From: Rhizophagus irregularis
Lineage: Eukaryota
Reading direction: 5' to 3'
Length of the DNA: 64,000 bases
Assembly (NCBI RefSeq): GCF_026210795.1
Contig: NC_089433.1
Span: 4,898,001-4,962,000 of the forward strand
Shown here: piece by piece, positions 14,208-27,112 of the stretch
How the letters are laid out: the number at the start of each line of letters is the position of its first letter
Numbering within the stretch: the first letter of the stretch is position 1
Notes under the pieces: generated by a model
Told to the model about the DNA's origin: nothing
What the model saw: only the letters and a program-made list of their open reading frames with translations
Database searches by the model: none
Translations under genes and position numbers: made by a program

Positions 14208-15912
14208 TTTTTTTTCAAAATTAAAATGATTCAGATTAAATTAACGAGAAATAAGAAAATTAAAAAAATTTCATTATTTCAGATTTTTTTTTTTATTGAG
14301 AAAAAGAATTTAATTTTCAGCCCCAAACACCATATACGGTCATATGTACAATTACGTATTTACATTTGCTGATCAACCTGTTTTTTGATATAATTTAAAC
14401 TGTATCACCTGTAAATATTGACTTTTTTACTGGTTTACTTAAAATAAATTTTATGTACTCAGATTTTATATTAAGATTATTAAATTTCGAATTTGAATTC
14501 TTACGATAAACCATTCTCTATGCATAGTTATGCATAATGTCCCTCTATTATTAAAAATATATGATAATCCAGGTACTGTACTTTACAGTGGAAAGTTTTT
14601 TGAGTTCTTTACACAATTTATTTAAAATTATAAATGAAGATAATAATACTATAAATGAGGTAATTAAGAATATATTATTACTCATCCGTAACTCTTAATT
14701 CAAAATTTCCTTTCTCGATAATTTTTTTTACATTTATTCATTGTATAATAGCAAAAAAAAAAATAAACTCTTTCTATTGTTTCTATCTCTTTATTAGTTT
14801 ACCTATTCAAATAATCCATTTCTACTAAATTTAGAAAGAAATTTCTCAATTGTTCGTTTCTATATAATCCCAGCAAGAGTTTGACACGAAAAACATTGGC
14901 TAACGTCTAACCTATTGAGAACTCTGTAAAAATAACCATGTAGATAAATAAATTCTTTTATTTACTCTTCTTATATTGTTATTTGTGTCGTAGAGAAAAT
15001 ATATTACTTAATATGTTAAGTTTATTGTGGCTTATATCGCTTCTGATTTTCTTGTATCACATTTTACGCAGTATCAACAAAAACATTTTGCAAATCGCAA
15101 ATATGTTGATCATCCGCATTTACTTTGATGTGTAGCGTGAATCGCATTATTTGATCAAATCCTCTGTTAATAGATATCATTCTTTCTAGTGTCCATTCAA
15201 TCCGTCTTTATTTATTATTATTTGTTGAAATGGCTGATGACAAATATATCCTTGTTGGAATATTTCATTCAATTTTCGTTTTATCTTTAAAGTTTGATAA
15301 AAATATTAACTAATTAAACTTGTCCCATAAAATTATTTATAGTAGTTCAAGAATTGGTGAAACCTTGACCAATGAAAATTATGTAATTATGACCGCATAA
15401 CATGAAAATCTGGATTAACAATATCCATTGATTTTACTTAATATATAAAAGAAAAGTCACCTGCAAGCTAAGCACTAGACGTGTATAAAAAATTAAAGTA
15501 CTTTATATACCAAAACTTTTTCATATTATTAACGTTTTTATCATATACTGTACTTTATTTTCGATAAAATAAAATTGGTCAATTATAGAAAATGGCTTAT
15601 AATAAAAAACAAATATAGTTTTCTATTTATAGCCATTTAGAATATTTAGAATTATTTATCGTCGATCAATATTATGTTAATTTTCAGATTATTATTTTTT
15701 TTCTAAAATTGAGACACGCTAACGTGAAATTACTAATATATTAATTTTGTTTAATGTCGGAATCTAAGGTGATTTTTAATAAAATGAGATGTTTAATATA
15801 TTCCTGAAATAAAATTTATATATATAAAAAAAAAATACTTGGTTAATTGATTTACAAAACAGCGATATTAGATAAGTATAATTGTGGGTGAGTTAAATTG
15901 AATGTATCACGT

Positions 15913-16019
15913 GTAGTCGTGGTGATGATCTCTTACCAGAATTGGGTAGAGCCGTGCAGAGTTAGAAATGATGTCTGAAATTTCACCCTAATGCTGGTAG
16001 AGGGATGATCACCGCTAGC
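15913..16019. repeat. Short imperfect inverted repeat (mini-MITE-like hairpin)
   Basis: GTGGTGATGATCTCTTACCAGAATTGGGT pairs with ACCCTAATGCTGGTAGAGGGATGATCACCGC. Confidence 0.55.
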
Positions 16020-17228
16020 AATTATCTCGCGAGGAAAATTACTATATTAATTATTTGTTATCTGTTATGTATATAAGATAAATATATCTCAAGAATGTAC
16101 ATGTATATATATATTTTTTCCTTTTTTGGGTCTTCCCTAGCAAAAGCACTGTAGGCACTAATAGGTAATGCAAGTTAAATGGAGTGGATACGTCCCGACT
16201 TACAAATAAATGAATAAAATGATGCCACGATTACTATGCATGCTTTGCTTATTTACCTTTACAACCTATTAACCATACAATACGGCACTTTCACTAACTA
16301 AAAAGAATCTGTGGGTCAACGTAACAACGACTCATGGTCCTCTTCAAGTCATATCACAACGTCAAATTTGTTTTGTCTTGTTGAAATAAAAAAAATACGT
16401 CCTCTTTGCACAGAAAAGGCAATGAGTGACCAGAATAACATGAATCTTTACGAGATAATTGACGATTGATTTTCTTTAACCGGATTATTTTATTTTACAT
16501 TATACAACAATACGATTATTACCAATAAAAAGTAATTACAAGATTAAAAAATGCATTTAAATTGTTATTCAATGAGATCCAATAGATCACAAAAGATTTG
16601 CATAGCCATTCCTTTGAATTCATTAAATAAAAGTCATAAATTAAATTCATGTTAAATATTGTCTAGTGGATTCTTCCATAAAATTGGGACGTCAAGTCCT
16701 GCATGATTATCGTCTTCGATTCTTTTAGTATTAGGCTTTATCAAGTGAAACAATTTATGGATAGAATTATGGGGATTTTTTTGGTTAATCTCGTTCAATA
16801 ATATATAAATAAAGATTTTTGATTTTAGACAATCGAAATTAATTATTTTTATCGTAACAATTAATACATTATTGATAATCTCATGAAAATTTGACGATTG
16901 CATAATTTGCATTATTCTAGCGTGATATTAATGTTATCTTTCTTATTGAAAGTAGCACAACATAATCAAACATATCTAATTTTTTTTCAATTGCATGCAT
17001 CTGTATCACATGATCGATCACAAAATCTAAAATTAATTTTCCGTGATATAAAAGGTGATAACACTAATTTACCGATATAATAATTTATGATGAAATTACA
17101 GAACTTTAAAAAGTAATATTTATAATTTTTTTAAAAAAATCTTTTTTAATAATAAAAATATAAGTTAATAAAATAATACATTTGATTATATAAACAAAAA
17201 TAAATAAATAAATAAATCAAGTCTATCA

Positions 17229-19438
17229 TTAATCTTTCTTATCTTTATCTCCTTCTTTAACTTTAAATAATTTTATATAAATTAATTTTCTAATTATAAA
17301 AATACTTAAAAAAGTAATACTAATAACAATTATTAAAGCGGCAGCATAAACATCCAAATATTTTCCTCTAATTAAACCCATTCTAGTATCAGGAGTAATC
17401 AATTCTTTAAATAACCATTTTTCAATATTATAATTTTCATCATTTATATTCTTTTGTTTTAATACTGAAGAATATAAAGTAAATTCTATTAAATCAGCAG
17501 CTCTATATTTTCTTTTACTATTAATCATAGCTAAAGTTTTAAGTCTCTTTGTATTAATTCGTATTTGTTCATCATTTAATATTTTTTCAATTTTATTTAA
17601 AATATCTTTTACTTCTAAATTAGTTTTATCTAATGTTAAAGCTACACCAGCTAATTCCAATTTTTCAGCGTTACCAGGTTGATCATAAGTAATTGGTAAA
17701 GAGAGTAAAGGTGTACCAGCATATAATGATTCATAAACACTTCCAGAACCAGAATGACTTAAGAAAATCTTTGTATTAGTATGATTTAATATAGAAAATT
17801 GAGGTGCAAAAGAAGTCATAAAAATATTTGAATTCTTATTATCGAATAAATTTGAAGTTGAAATTGTTCTACCATCTGAAAGTGTTATATTAGAAGGAAA
17901 TGATTCTCGATATTTTTCAATATTTGCCCAAATTACTCCATCAACAATATTATTTTCAATAACTTCAATAATTGATTGTAATAATTTTGCATAATTTTCT
18001 GATGATAAGAATAAGAATGATCCTAATGCCACAAACATTGTACGTTTATGTGAATTGAGAAATTTCTCAATATCTGGCGTTAACGAGGGAAAATAATCTG
18101 GTAATACCGGTCCAATTTCCTAAATTATACATAAAACTTTTAAGAATATGAGAATAAAATATTGAGTCTTGATCAAATAATAAAAATTAAAATACCTGAT
18201 AAAGTGGAGGTAAAGGAACTGGTGTCTAATCAAATAAAAAAATTATATTATGATTAATATATATACATATTTTTAAAAGGACCGTCCGCATTGTAATATA
18301 TTTAATATATTTAATTACCTCATAACCAAAGAAATTATCAACCAAGAATAAGGAATTTTGCCATCGTTCGAATGGACTTTTTAAAGATGGTAAACCATAA
18401 CCAGCCCTTACTTTATTAAAATTATCAAAAGAACTTTTAAATGACCATAAGAATTGAAGAGGTGAAATAAATTCACATCTAAATCTTTCCCAAAATGATT
18501 CATTTTCCATATTAACTTTACATCCGAATATAGGATCTGATCTATAAGGAGTATGTGTTAATCCTAAATAAAAATATATATATTAAATCTTATATATTAA
18601 TACATATTTTATAGTGTATTATATTAAAAAGAAATACACTTCTTACTTACCTAATGGGGAAGTTGAAATTCCGACCAATGGTTTTTTCATTAACCAAGCT
18701 ACATCGAAACATGGTTCGTTATTTACAGTATCACAGAAAAATAAATCTGGTTTGATCATCTCAGAAATTTCCTTAAGTCTTAAAAATATACTATCATAAG
18801 CGGCATAATGATTTTTAAATACTTTTTTAAATCTTCCCACGTCAACTTTTTCTTTAACTAATTGTATAGTCTCGGGATCTTTACTTAAATCAATTTCTTC
18901 CCCAAGTGAAATAAAATTAATTTTCGGATATTGTTCTGATTGTAAAAATTTTCCTCTCTTCGCTAACGTGAGCTATTTATTATGAGTGTATGGGGCATGA
19001 GGGTATGAGGGTATGAGGTATGAGGTACGAAGGATGAGGATGAGGGATGAGGGATGAGTAAAAGAAAAGGGTAAAGAAAAAAAAATCAAATTCTCGAAAA
19101 AGTTTGATACTTTACATTGTACCCACGATCAGCCAAGATATTTGCTATTGTCAAAATATGTCGGAGATGATTCCATCCTATAATTAATTATAATTTAGTA
19201 TAATTTTTTATAATTTCGACATCAAAAAAGCGTTTAATTTACCTCCAATTGTAACTCCGAGTAATATATTTTTTGGAATTTCAGTACGATCAAGTATCAT
19301 TTCACTTGGAACCCAACCATCCGCTGGAGGCACAGCATATTGTTTAAATTCTGTACCATTGACAATATTAAATATTGAATTACAAATAATTATGAAAAGA
19401 AACAATTTTTTTGAAAATAATCGTAAATAATACTTCAT
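17229..19438 (-). CDS. UDP-glycosyltransferase (GT1), 6 exons: 19438-19243, 19177-19116, 18972-18651, 18563-18319, 18225-18196, 18119-17229
   Basis: Signal peptide; GGWNHLR...LADRGYNLT; UGT signature FAPQFSILNH...FLSHSGSGSVYESLYAGTPLLSLPITYDQPGNA; C-terminal TM plus lysine-rich tail; GT-AG introns keep the frame. Confidence 0.92.
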
Positions 19439-20939
19439 ATTAATATAATATATATATATAATATATTAATAAATATGTATATTTAATAAATTTAAGCAAA
19501 ATATTAATTTATAATAATATATACAATATATTTTTTATATATTTTTTTTCCCTTTTTTTTGGTTTTTGGTTTTTGGTCGAAAATAAATTTTATATTTTAA
19601 GATTTATTTAAATATTAAATGATCCTATTCATTGGAAATCATGAAACTTGGAACATTCATATAGTCGATTAATTTTGATTATAATCTCATAACTATCTGA
19701 TGTAACTTAAAAAAAAAAAAAAAATTTGATATATTTGATAATGAAATAATGAAACTTTGTTCTTTCTAAACATATTTATTATGGATTGTTATTGTCTTAC
19801 AATTATTAGATACAATGGAAGTTTATTTTATTTTTATTTTTATTTTTTTTTAAAGTTTGTCTATAATCAAATAATATTTGTTATTTTAATGTATATATTA
19901 AAGGATTTTATTATTATTGCACAAAAAAAAAAACAATATTAATTTCTCACGAGATAAGAAAAACTGAACCCCTCAAAGTAAATGATACCCGTTGATCCGA
20001 AAAAGAAATCAGGGAGTCCCGATTTTATTTTTTTCGGTTAAATTCTTCCGAATCTTTTTATTGATAATTTATTTCACTAAACTAATTATAGAAAAATTAA
20101 AGTTAGTTTTAATTAAAGAAATCGTGAAAAAAAAAATTGATGTACAAAGATCACAAAAATATGTGTAACATAATCAAACAGGGGGTTAACAATATAATAA
20201 AAATTGATCGTGGTTTACCATTTAAAAATAATCGGCATTTACCGAATTTTCTTTTTTATTTTATTTTTATTTTAAAGTATGGCAAAATATTTGACCCGAC
20301 TATGTAAAAAAGGTCCAATGCTAGAGTGCATAATGTAATAATGTATGACCTAGGGGGTATATTTGTATAATTATTATTTATGAAAATATTAATAAAAATG
20401 ACAATGTCCATTGTAAATTTGTAATTGTAACGACGAATGATGAATATTATGAAAATTTCCGAAATTATCATTAAAGAATAATGAAAGTTATTTTTGCGTT
20501 ACTAATTTTAATTAAAAAAAAAATAATGAAATCGATTATTCAATTGGACTTGAAAAGTGTAAAATAATAATATAACGCCGATCATGGCGACCTCCTGTCA
20601 AGGATCGAATTATCCGCTATATTTTTAATAAAAAATTACTTAAGTCCGGCGCTGATGTTGTAGGCGAAGTCAAAAATCAAAAGTCTAAATATTTTGTTTT
20701 TTTTACAGAGAAACATTTAAAAAAAGGTCGACTCTGAGACGAAATTTCCGAAAATTTCCGATAATAACGAAACCTCAAGAATCACATGATGGTTAAGACG
20801 ATCTAACATAAAATCCCGACAACCATAATAACAATCCCGACGATAGAGTTCACGAAAAGAGGAAAATAGGGAAACGGACGAAAAGAACATTAATGATAAA
20901 AGAGCCACTAAGAATATAATGGAAAAAGAGAGGATAAGG

Positions 20940-21500
20940 TTTATTTTATTTTATTTCGAAGAGAGGAGTAACCAATGACAAAAACATAATAGAAGTTAAC
21001 AACTACAAGTAGCGAAAAACTGGGGTACTGTGGCTATCAATCCCGCATAGCAGGACCTCACCCTCCGGGCAAAGATTTAGGGCGTCCCCCGAGAATGCCC
21101 CAGGGACCCCAAATCTACCCTCTAACCTCTCCCCATTTTTGAGGGATAATGTGGTGGTCTGCCGAATGCTACCACAATCTTCACATTACCACAAGGTTAG
21201 AGTCAACCGCAATGTGCTCACAGCTCCGTCAAATTGGTAGACCGTTGGTAGTCCCGCCCCTACCATTATAACCCCGAAGGGCCCTCGGGTACCAAGATGC
21301 TATAGGACCTTTATGAACCATTTGGCAACAGTCCCCCCAATCACCTAACACACTTGGTTGGATCATGGGTTACGACCTGAGTTCAGTGACCATTTCTAGG
21401 ACTCGCCATACCAGTTTACCAATAATCGCATCTACCACCTCACCATCGGTAGGCATCTTTTCAGCTCCCCTAATGGATACGGATTTTCAACGCAGTTGGT
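20940..21500 (-). mobile_element. Non-LTR retroposed insertion (SINE-like or truncated LINE)
   Basis: 17-bp direct repeat AAAAAGAGAGGATAAGG at 20923-20939 and 21501-21517; (AAAAT)n tail on the minus strand; GC-rich body without a long ORF. Confidence 0.8.
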
Positions 21501-22907
21501 AAAAAGAGAGGATAAGGAATAGGTTGACGTAAAATTAGTTTAATCCTAGTTGAAGTCACTTGATTTCACGTAAAAAATTTTTCCAACATAAATTAGTTAC
21601 ACACTTTAATAGAGAACATACGAAATCTATAAAGCACACCTTGAGTTTGACAAAACCTTTGTCTCCCTCCATACCAAAACCGTTACCTCATATAGTAATG
21701 TTGTAGTATCATTTCCTACTACATAACGAACCTTACTAAATAGATGATGTATGATTAAAATTACAAAAAATTATACATAAAATAAAATAACACTACATCA
21801 AATAAAAAGATAATAATAATCCTACATTTACCAAAAAAAAAACAATCCCGACGATAGTCATATCCCAAAGTTTTTTTTTTAAAAAAAAAATTATATAAAT
21901 TTTATAAATTTCCAAATTAAACAAATAATTATAAAAATACGCGCAGTATCGGGTCTCAATTTATCCAATACCAATGCAAATTGTTTGCAAATTACTAATC
22001 TTCTGAAATTAGAAACACTTGCATTAAAAATTAACTAATCTCAAACTCACCCCCCAGTCATCGGGATTCTGTGACTTTAATTCAGATAATGGCCGAAAAA
22101 TAATTTGCCGCAACGTGATCCGGACCCGGCTCAGGCGTAGATCGTCGTGGAATTCCAGGGGATTTTCTGGGATTAAACCGGGTCCGGATGATTGGCAATC
22201 AGGAATTCGGCTCCGTTTTTCGGCTAACTACACTATTTAGGATTTTTGGATCCCTTTGCTAATCGACCAATAAAAAATTCGATCGAGGAGTCTCACGTGT
22301 TGCTACATTTGTTGTCGTTTTATGCCAACAAAATAAAGTAGTTTCCAAGAGTTAGTGAAACACATTACCCATGTTGCTATTGAATATTTACATAACGAAA
22401 GCTAAATAAGGTATGCTATCATAGTGTATTGATCCGCAAAGATCGCAAGGGAACCTCTACCATATCGTCGATACACTTAGCAATCTAGACCCTTACCTCT
22501 ATCTCTCCCTTACCTGTATTAGAGATAATTCACTTTTTTTGTTCGAGGTGCCAAAGAAAATTATATAATTAATTCCGATTTTAATTGCCGACTTTTTTTT
22601 TTAAAAAAAAAACCTTTACCAAGTAAATATGAAGTATGAATTATGATTGGAAAAAGAGGAGTTAGACGAAGGAGAGGACGATGGTTAGGACGATGGAAGC
22701 ATAAAAAAATGGAATTTGTAGTGTATTTATAATCGATTAAGGAAGAGATTCTATGACTATTTGTTACAATTTTCTACGATCATTGTATTATGGCTGACCA
22801 GGTCGCATAAGTATTTTTCAACGTAAATGACGATTACTCATAAGAACTATTATAGTATCATGCTGATTTTTGTTTGGCTAAATTTGTGGCTTGTAATATA
22901 ATCAATA

Positions 22908-23070
22908 TGAGTCATATGGACGCAATTTTATGACTCATAATAGATACGTAATGAGTAAACTTGAGTCAATTAGACCAAATCATATTGGATACTTTATGAC
23001 TCATACTAAGTATTAGTTAAGCTTTTGGCCAATTATGTATGGAGAAACAACACAATAAAACGTATAAATA
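22908..23070 (+). promoter_or_regulatory. Cluster of four TGAGTCA/TGACTCA (AP-1/Gcn4-type) sites plus TATA-like box
   Basis: Sites at 22908, 22931, 22962, 22997; TATAAATA near 23063; ATG at 23179. Confidence 0.45.
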
Positions 23071-23178
23071 CATGGCAGCATTTTATTTCTCTCTCTTTAC
23101 AAACTTTTTTCTTCAAACTTTTTTCTTTATTTTTCTTTAACAAACTTTTTCCTTTGACAACTCACTATTTATTTAACA

Positions 23179-25001
23179 ATGATCTTAGCAACTGAACGTA
23201 TACTTGAAAATCAAGAGTATGAAAAAAATTTCTATGTTGATAATGAGAAATTATTTTGCGATTTTTGTCAAGGTACTGCTTTAGATCATACGAAAAAAAA
23301 CGCGTTAGATAAACATTTAAAAAGTAAAAAACATGTAAACAATGTCGAAAAGAAAAGAAAAAATAATGAACGAGAATTAATGTTGAGAAAATCACCTAAA
23401 CAAGAGGACATACCTTTTAAAAAAGAGGACATACCTTTTGAAAAAACGAACATACCTTTTGAAAAAGCGGACATACCTTTTGAAAAAGTGGATAAACCTA
23501 AAAATTTTTTCCAAGAATATTGTGCAAATGGTACATAATAATAAGTTTTTCTTAGAAATTTTTTCTTTTTTTTTGTTATATTTAATTAATTATTTTAAAA
23601 TAAATTTATAGGTGATGCTATTGCAAATTCTTCTTTGCTTCAAGAAATTCAAGGAAAATGTTTATCAATTGCATTTAACATGGAGAATTCTTGGGTACAA
23701 GAATGGTTGCGTAACAAACGTATATCTATTATCGTTGATGAGACAACAGACTATTATGGTCAATTAATGTTTAATGTATTTTTCGTCTGTGGTGGACAAA
23801 CTAATTTAGCAAGTACTGAATATCCAAATATTGCAAATAATATCCCTATTGCTGAATTAGTTGTGAAAACACTAAATTATTATAATGTCTCTTTTGATAA
23901 TGTCGTTTTTTTTATTCCTAATAATTCGAGATATACGTTACAAGTTTTTCAAGTATTATCTCCTTTATTACCTCGATTAAAAAATAATCGTTGTTTGGTT
24001 CAAATCTTGAAATCAGTAGGAGAATCATGGATCTATTATAAAAATTTCAAATTTCTAACTTATATAGTATTGAGTATAGAAACATCTTTTATTGAATGTC
24101 CTGCTCTTGAAGGAAGATGGAATAATCTTTTAAACTCTCTTAACTTCCATAACATTGATCCAAATTATAATCAAAATTACAATCAATATTATGGTAATTT
24201 GGTTTTACCTCTAAACCATGATTTGATTTCATGGTTTAAATTTATTTTTTGGATTGATCATCATATATCACAATTACGTACATTTTACATTGAAGAAGAG
24301 ATGATAAATCCCGAAAGTAAAGCTATCCAGGAATTGGCGACTGTTTTCAAAGATCCAACTAAATTTTTTATTTTTGAAACCTTCATCATGTTCGTGGCAT
24401 CTAATGCAAAATGGTAAGTTAATAATATTTTATAATTATACTTAATAAATAATTTTAAAAATGGGAAACTTATTTTTACATTATATTATTTAGTATTGTG
24501 GATGGTTATGAATATTTTAAGATCAAAAACAAACCTATTGCTCCTTTCGTGATTAGATGTTTGGCATATCTTGAAGCTACATTACAACTTGGTTCTACTT
24601 ACTCTGTTAGTGATGAGTTGAAAGTCAAATTTATTGAAAATAATGTTGAACCAAAACCATATACTAAAATGTTTCACGAAGCTTTTCAAATAGCCTCAAA
24701 TACGTTAAAAGGGCAAATTGATAATCACCTGGCATTGCCTATGTTTAATGCAGTTCAATGTTTTGATCCACGTTTTATTCGTACTCATTGTTATAACATT
24801 AATTCTTACTCTGAAATTGAAGAATTTAAAAATCCAGAAAATAATATTTTAGAAGAATGGGAAGTTTATTGTAGTCTAGAAGAAGAATTTGGAAATGACG
24901 AACTTGATTTGGATAATTATTGGAAAAACAAAACTGAAATGTTACCAAATTTATCAAGATTAGCTCTAGATTATATATGGCTTCCGGTATCTGGATTGTA
25001 A
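23179..25001 (+). CDS. hAT-transposase-derived protein with CGGBP1-like zinc finger (~553 aa; exons 23179-23530, 23612-24413, 24494-25001)
   Basis: LFCDFC...LDKHLKSKKH finger; IIVDETTD; hAT C-terminal YWKNK..LPNLSRLALDYIWLPVS; splice phases are consistent; 21-nt internal tandem repeat at ~23404-23490. Confidence 0.8.
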
Positions 25002-25413
25002 AAGTCACAAAAATTCTTTTAACGTTAAATTTTTATTGTTTGTTTTTTTTGTTGTTTTTTTAAAAAAAAAGTTTCCCTTATTTAATTATAGACTTTCAAC
25101 AGAATTAGATTGTTTTATATAGTTGCGATAGTAAATTTCAAGATGTTATTATACTGTATAAAGTTTTTGTATATAAAAGAAATATTTATTGGAATCAAGT
25201 TTATGCTTATAAGTCAGGGAGTTTGTTTATGCTTTTATATTGAAAAAAAGAAATAAATACAAGAAATGAGTCATCATTTGTTTCGTTATCAAGTTTTTGG
25301 CCAATAATGAATCGGTCACATGACTTAAACGTTACTTACGTGTATTGTATACAATTGATTATCTAATGTGAATCTTTTTTTTTTTCTCTCGACTTTTTGT
25401 CAAAAAAATAAAA

Positions 25414-26600
25414 ATGAATCAAACTAAATTAAACAAACATAGATTATCATCTGTCTCTGGTAATTTCTTTTTTTTTAAAAAAAAAATATAAGAAATTTGA
25501 AGGAATATTCGATTAATTTATAAATATTATCCTATTTTATTATAAGAATATAATCATAGTGAAAGACGACATATGAATTTAGATGATATTTTGAATTATT
25601 CCAATTTCTCTAACTCTTCTAAAAGGTCGTAAGTAAGATTCTAGTTTAAATATATTAATATTAAATAAATACATATTTTCTTTTTAAAAAAAATTTTGCA
25701 TTTTGCTTTTTTTTAAAACAAAAAATTAATATTTTCTTTTATTTTTCTATTCTTAGAAGTAATATGACGAAATTATTTTCTTCCGATGGGAATGAAATCA
25801 ATAATAGTAATTATTTCTTTAATAGTTGGCCTGAATCATCTAATAATAATGAAGAGGATAATAATAGTGAAGAAGATGATGATACTAGCAATACTGATAA
25901 TAGTGATAATAGTGATAATAGTAATGATAGTAATGATAAGGATAGTATTTGTATAAAGAGTTTTAGTAGTGATGAAGATTCCAGTCTTGATGATAATAAT
26001 TCAAGTGGTGATTATTCAGATTATTCCTCAAATAATAGTGATAAAATAGATGATAAAACGAATGATAATTATCATTATCATTTAGAATCAACCAAAAATT
26101 CCAATAATGAAAGAAAAAAAAGATCTCTCAAAGGTGATACAAAATCCACGAGTTCGAAAAATGAAAAACCTTACAAATGTTATGTATTAGGATGTGAAAA
26201 GAGTTTTAAAAGTTTTGGTAATTTATCAAATCATGAAAGAATTCATATCGATAAAAAACGACTTTATGAACGTAATAAATCAGAACGTGAAAGCGAGAAG
26301 AAATATAAACGTTCGAACAATTCGAAAGAACGTAAAAGTGAGAAGAACTTTACACGTTCGAATAATTCAACAAAGCGAAAAATTGGGGAAAAAACTTATG
26401 AATGTAATGAACCAGGTTGTGAAAGGAAATATACGAGTATAAGTAGTTTAAAAGTTCATAGAAGAATTCATACAAATGAAAAACCATATAAATGTGCGGA
26501 ATTAGGATGTAATGGGGTATTTAGAAGTTTATATTTTTTACGATTACATAGCAAAAAGTTGAATCATAATGGTTATAGTTATACAAAATATAATAATTAA
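25414..26600 (+). CDS. C2H2 zinc-finger transcription factor (exons 25414-25459, 25547-25628, 25757-26600)
   Basis: Three CxxxxC..HxxxH-type fingers with HTNEKPYKC linker; acidic N/D/S-rich region; upstream exons join in phase. Confidence 0.85.
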
Positions 26601-26813
26601 GATATATTCTATATGTTTATTTCAAAAAGAATAAAAATAATTTTATTTGATATCTATATCTTTTAAGAAATGCATATTCCTTATGTGAAATACACCTTGA
26701 GATAGTCTATTTTATAGTATTGGAATAATTAAATTAATCAACGAAAAGAAAGACTGATTTTATTTTATATTATCGAACCTGATTTTCGTTCCATCATCTG
26801 CATCGAACCACCC

Positions 26814-27112
26814 TAGCGTCGCCTCCAAAAAATGGTAGCCGGTTCTAATTTGCCGGGTTACATATATTATTGAGAGGTGATAAATAATACGTGACATTTA
26901 GTACTTTACGTATAAAAAATTTTCTAAGTCCTCAGAATAATTATAAAATTAAAGAACGTTAGGGTGTGACATTATGTGACGAATTCCTAACCCTAATCCC
27001 TTACCCTAATCCTAATCCTAATCCCCTTACCCTAATCCCAACCCTAATCCTAACCCCTAACACTAAAGAACCGGCAAAATAATCCGGCTACCATTTTTTG
27101 GAGGCGACGCTA
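26814..27112. mobile_element. MITE containing telomere-like repeats
   Basis: Perfect 29-bp TIR TAGCGTCGCCTCCAAAAAATGGTAGCCGG; internal CCCTAA/TCCTAA array at 26986-27065; 12-bp direct repeat TCATCTGCATCG just outside both ends. Confidence 0.85.

Noticed and set aside
26986..27065. True chromosome end
   Set aside because: Degenerate, short and internal to a TIR element.
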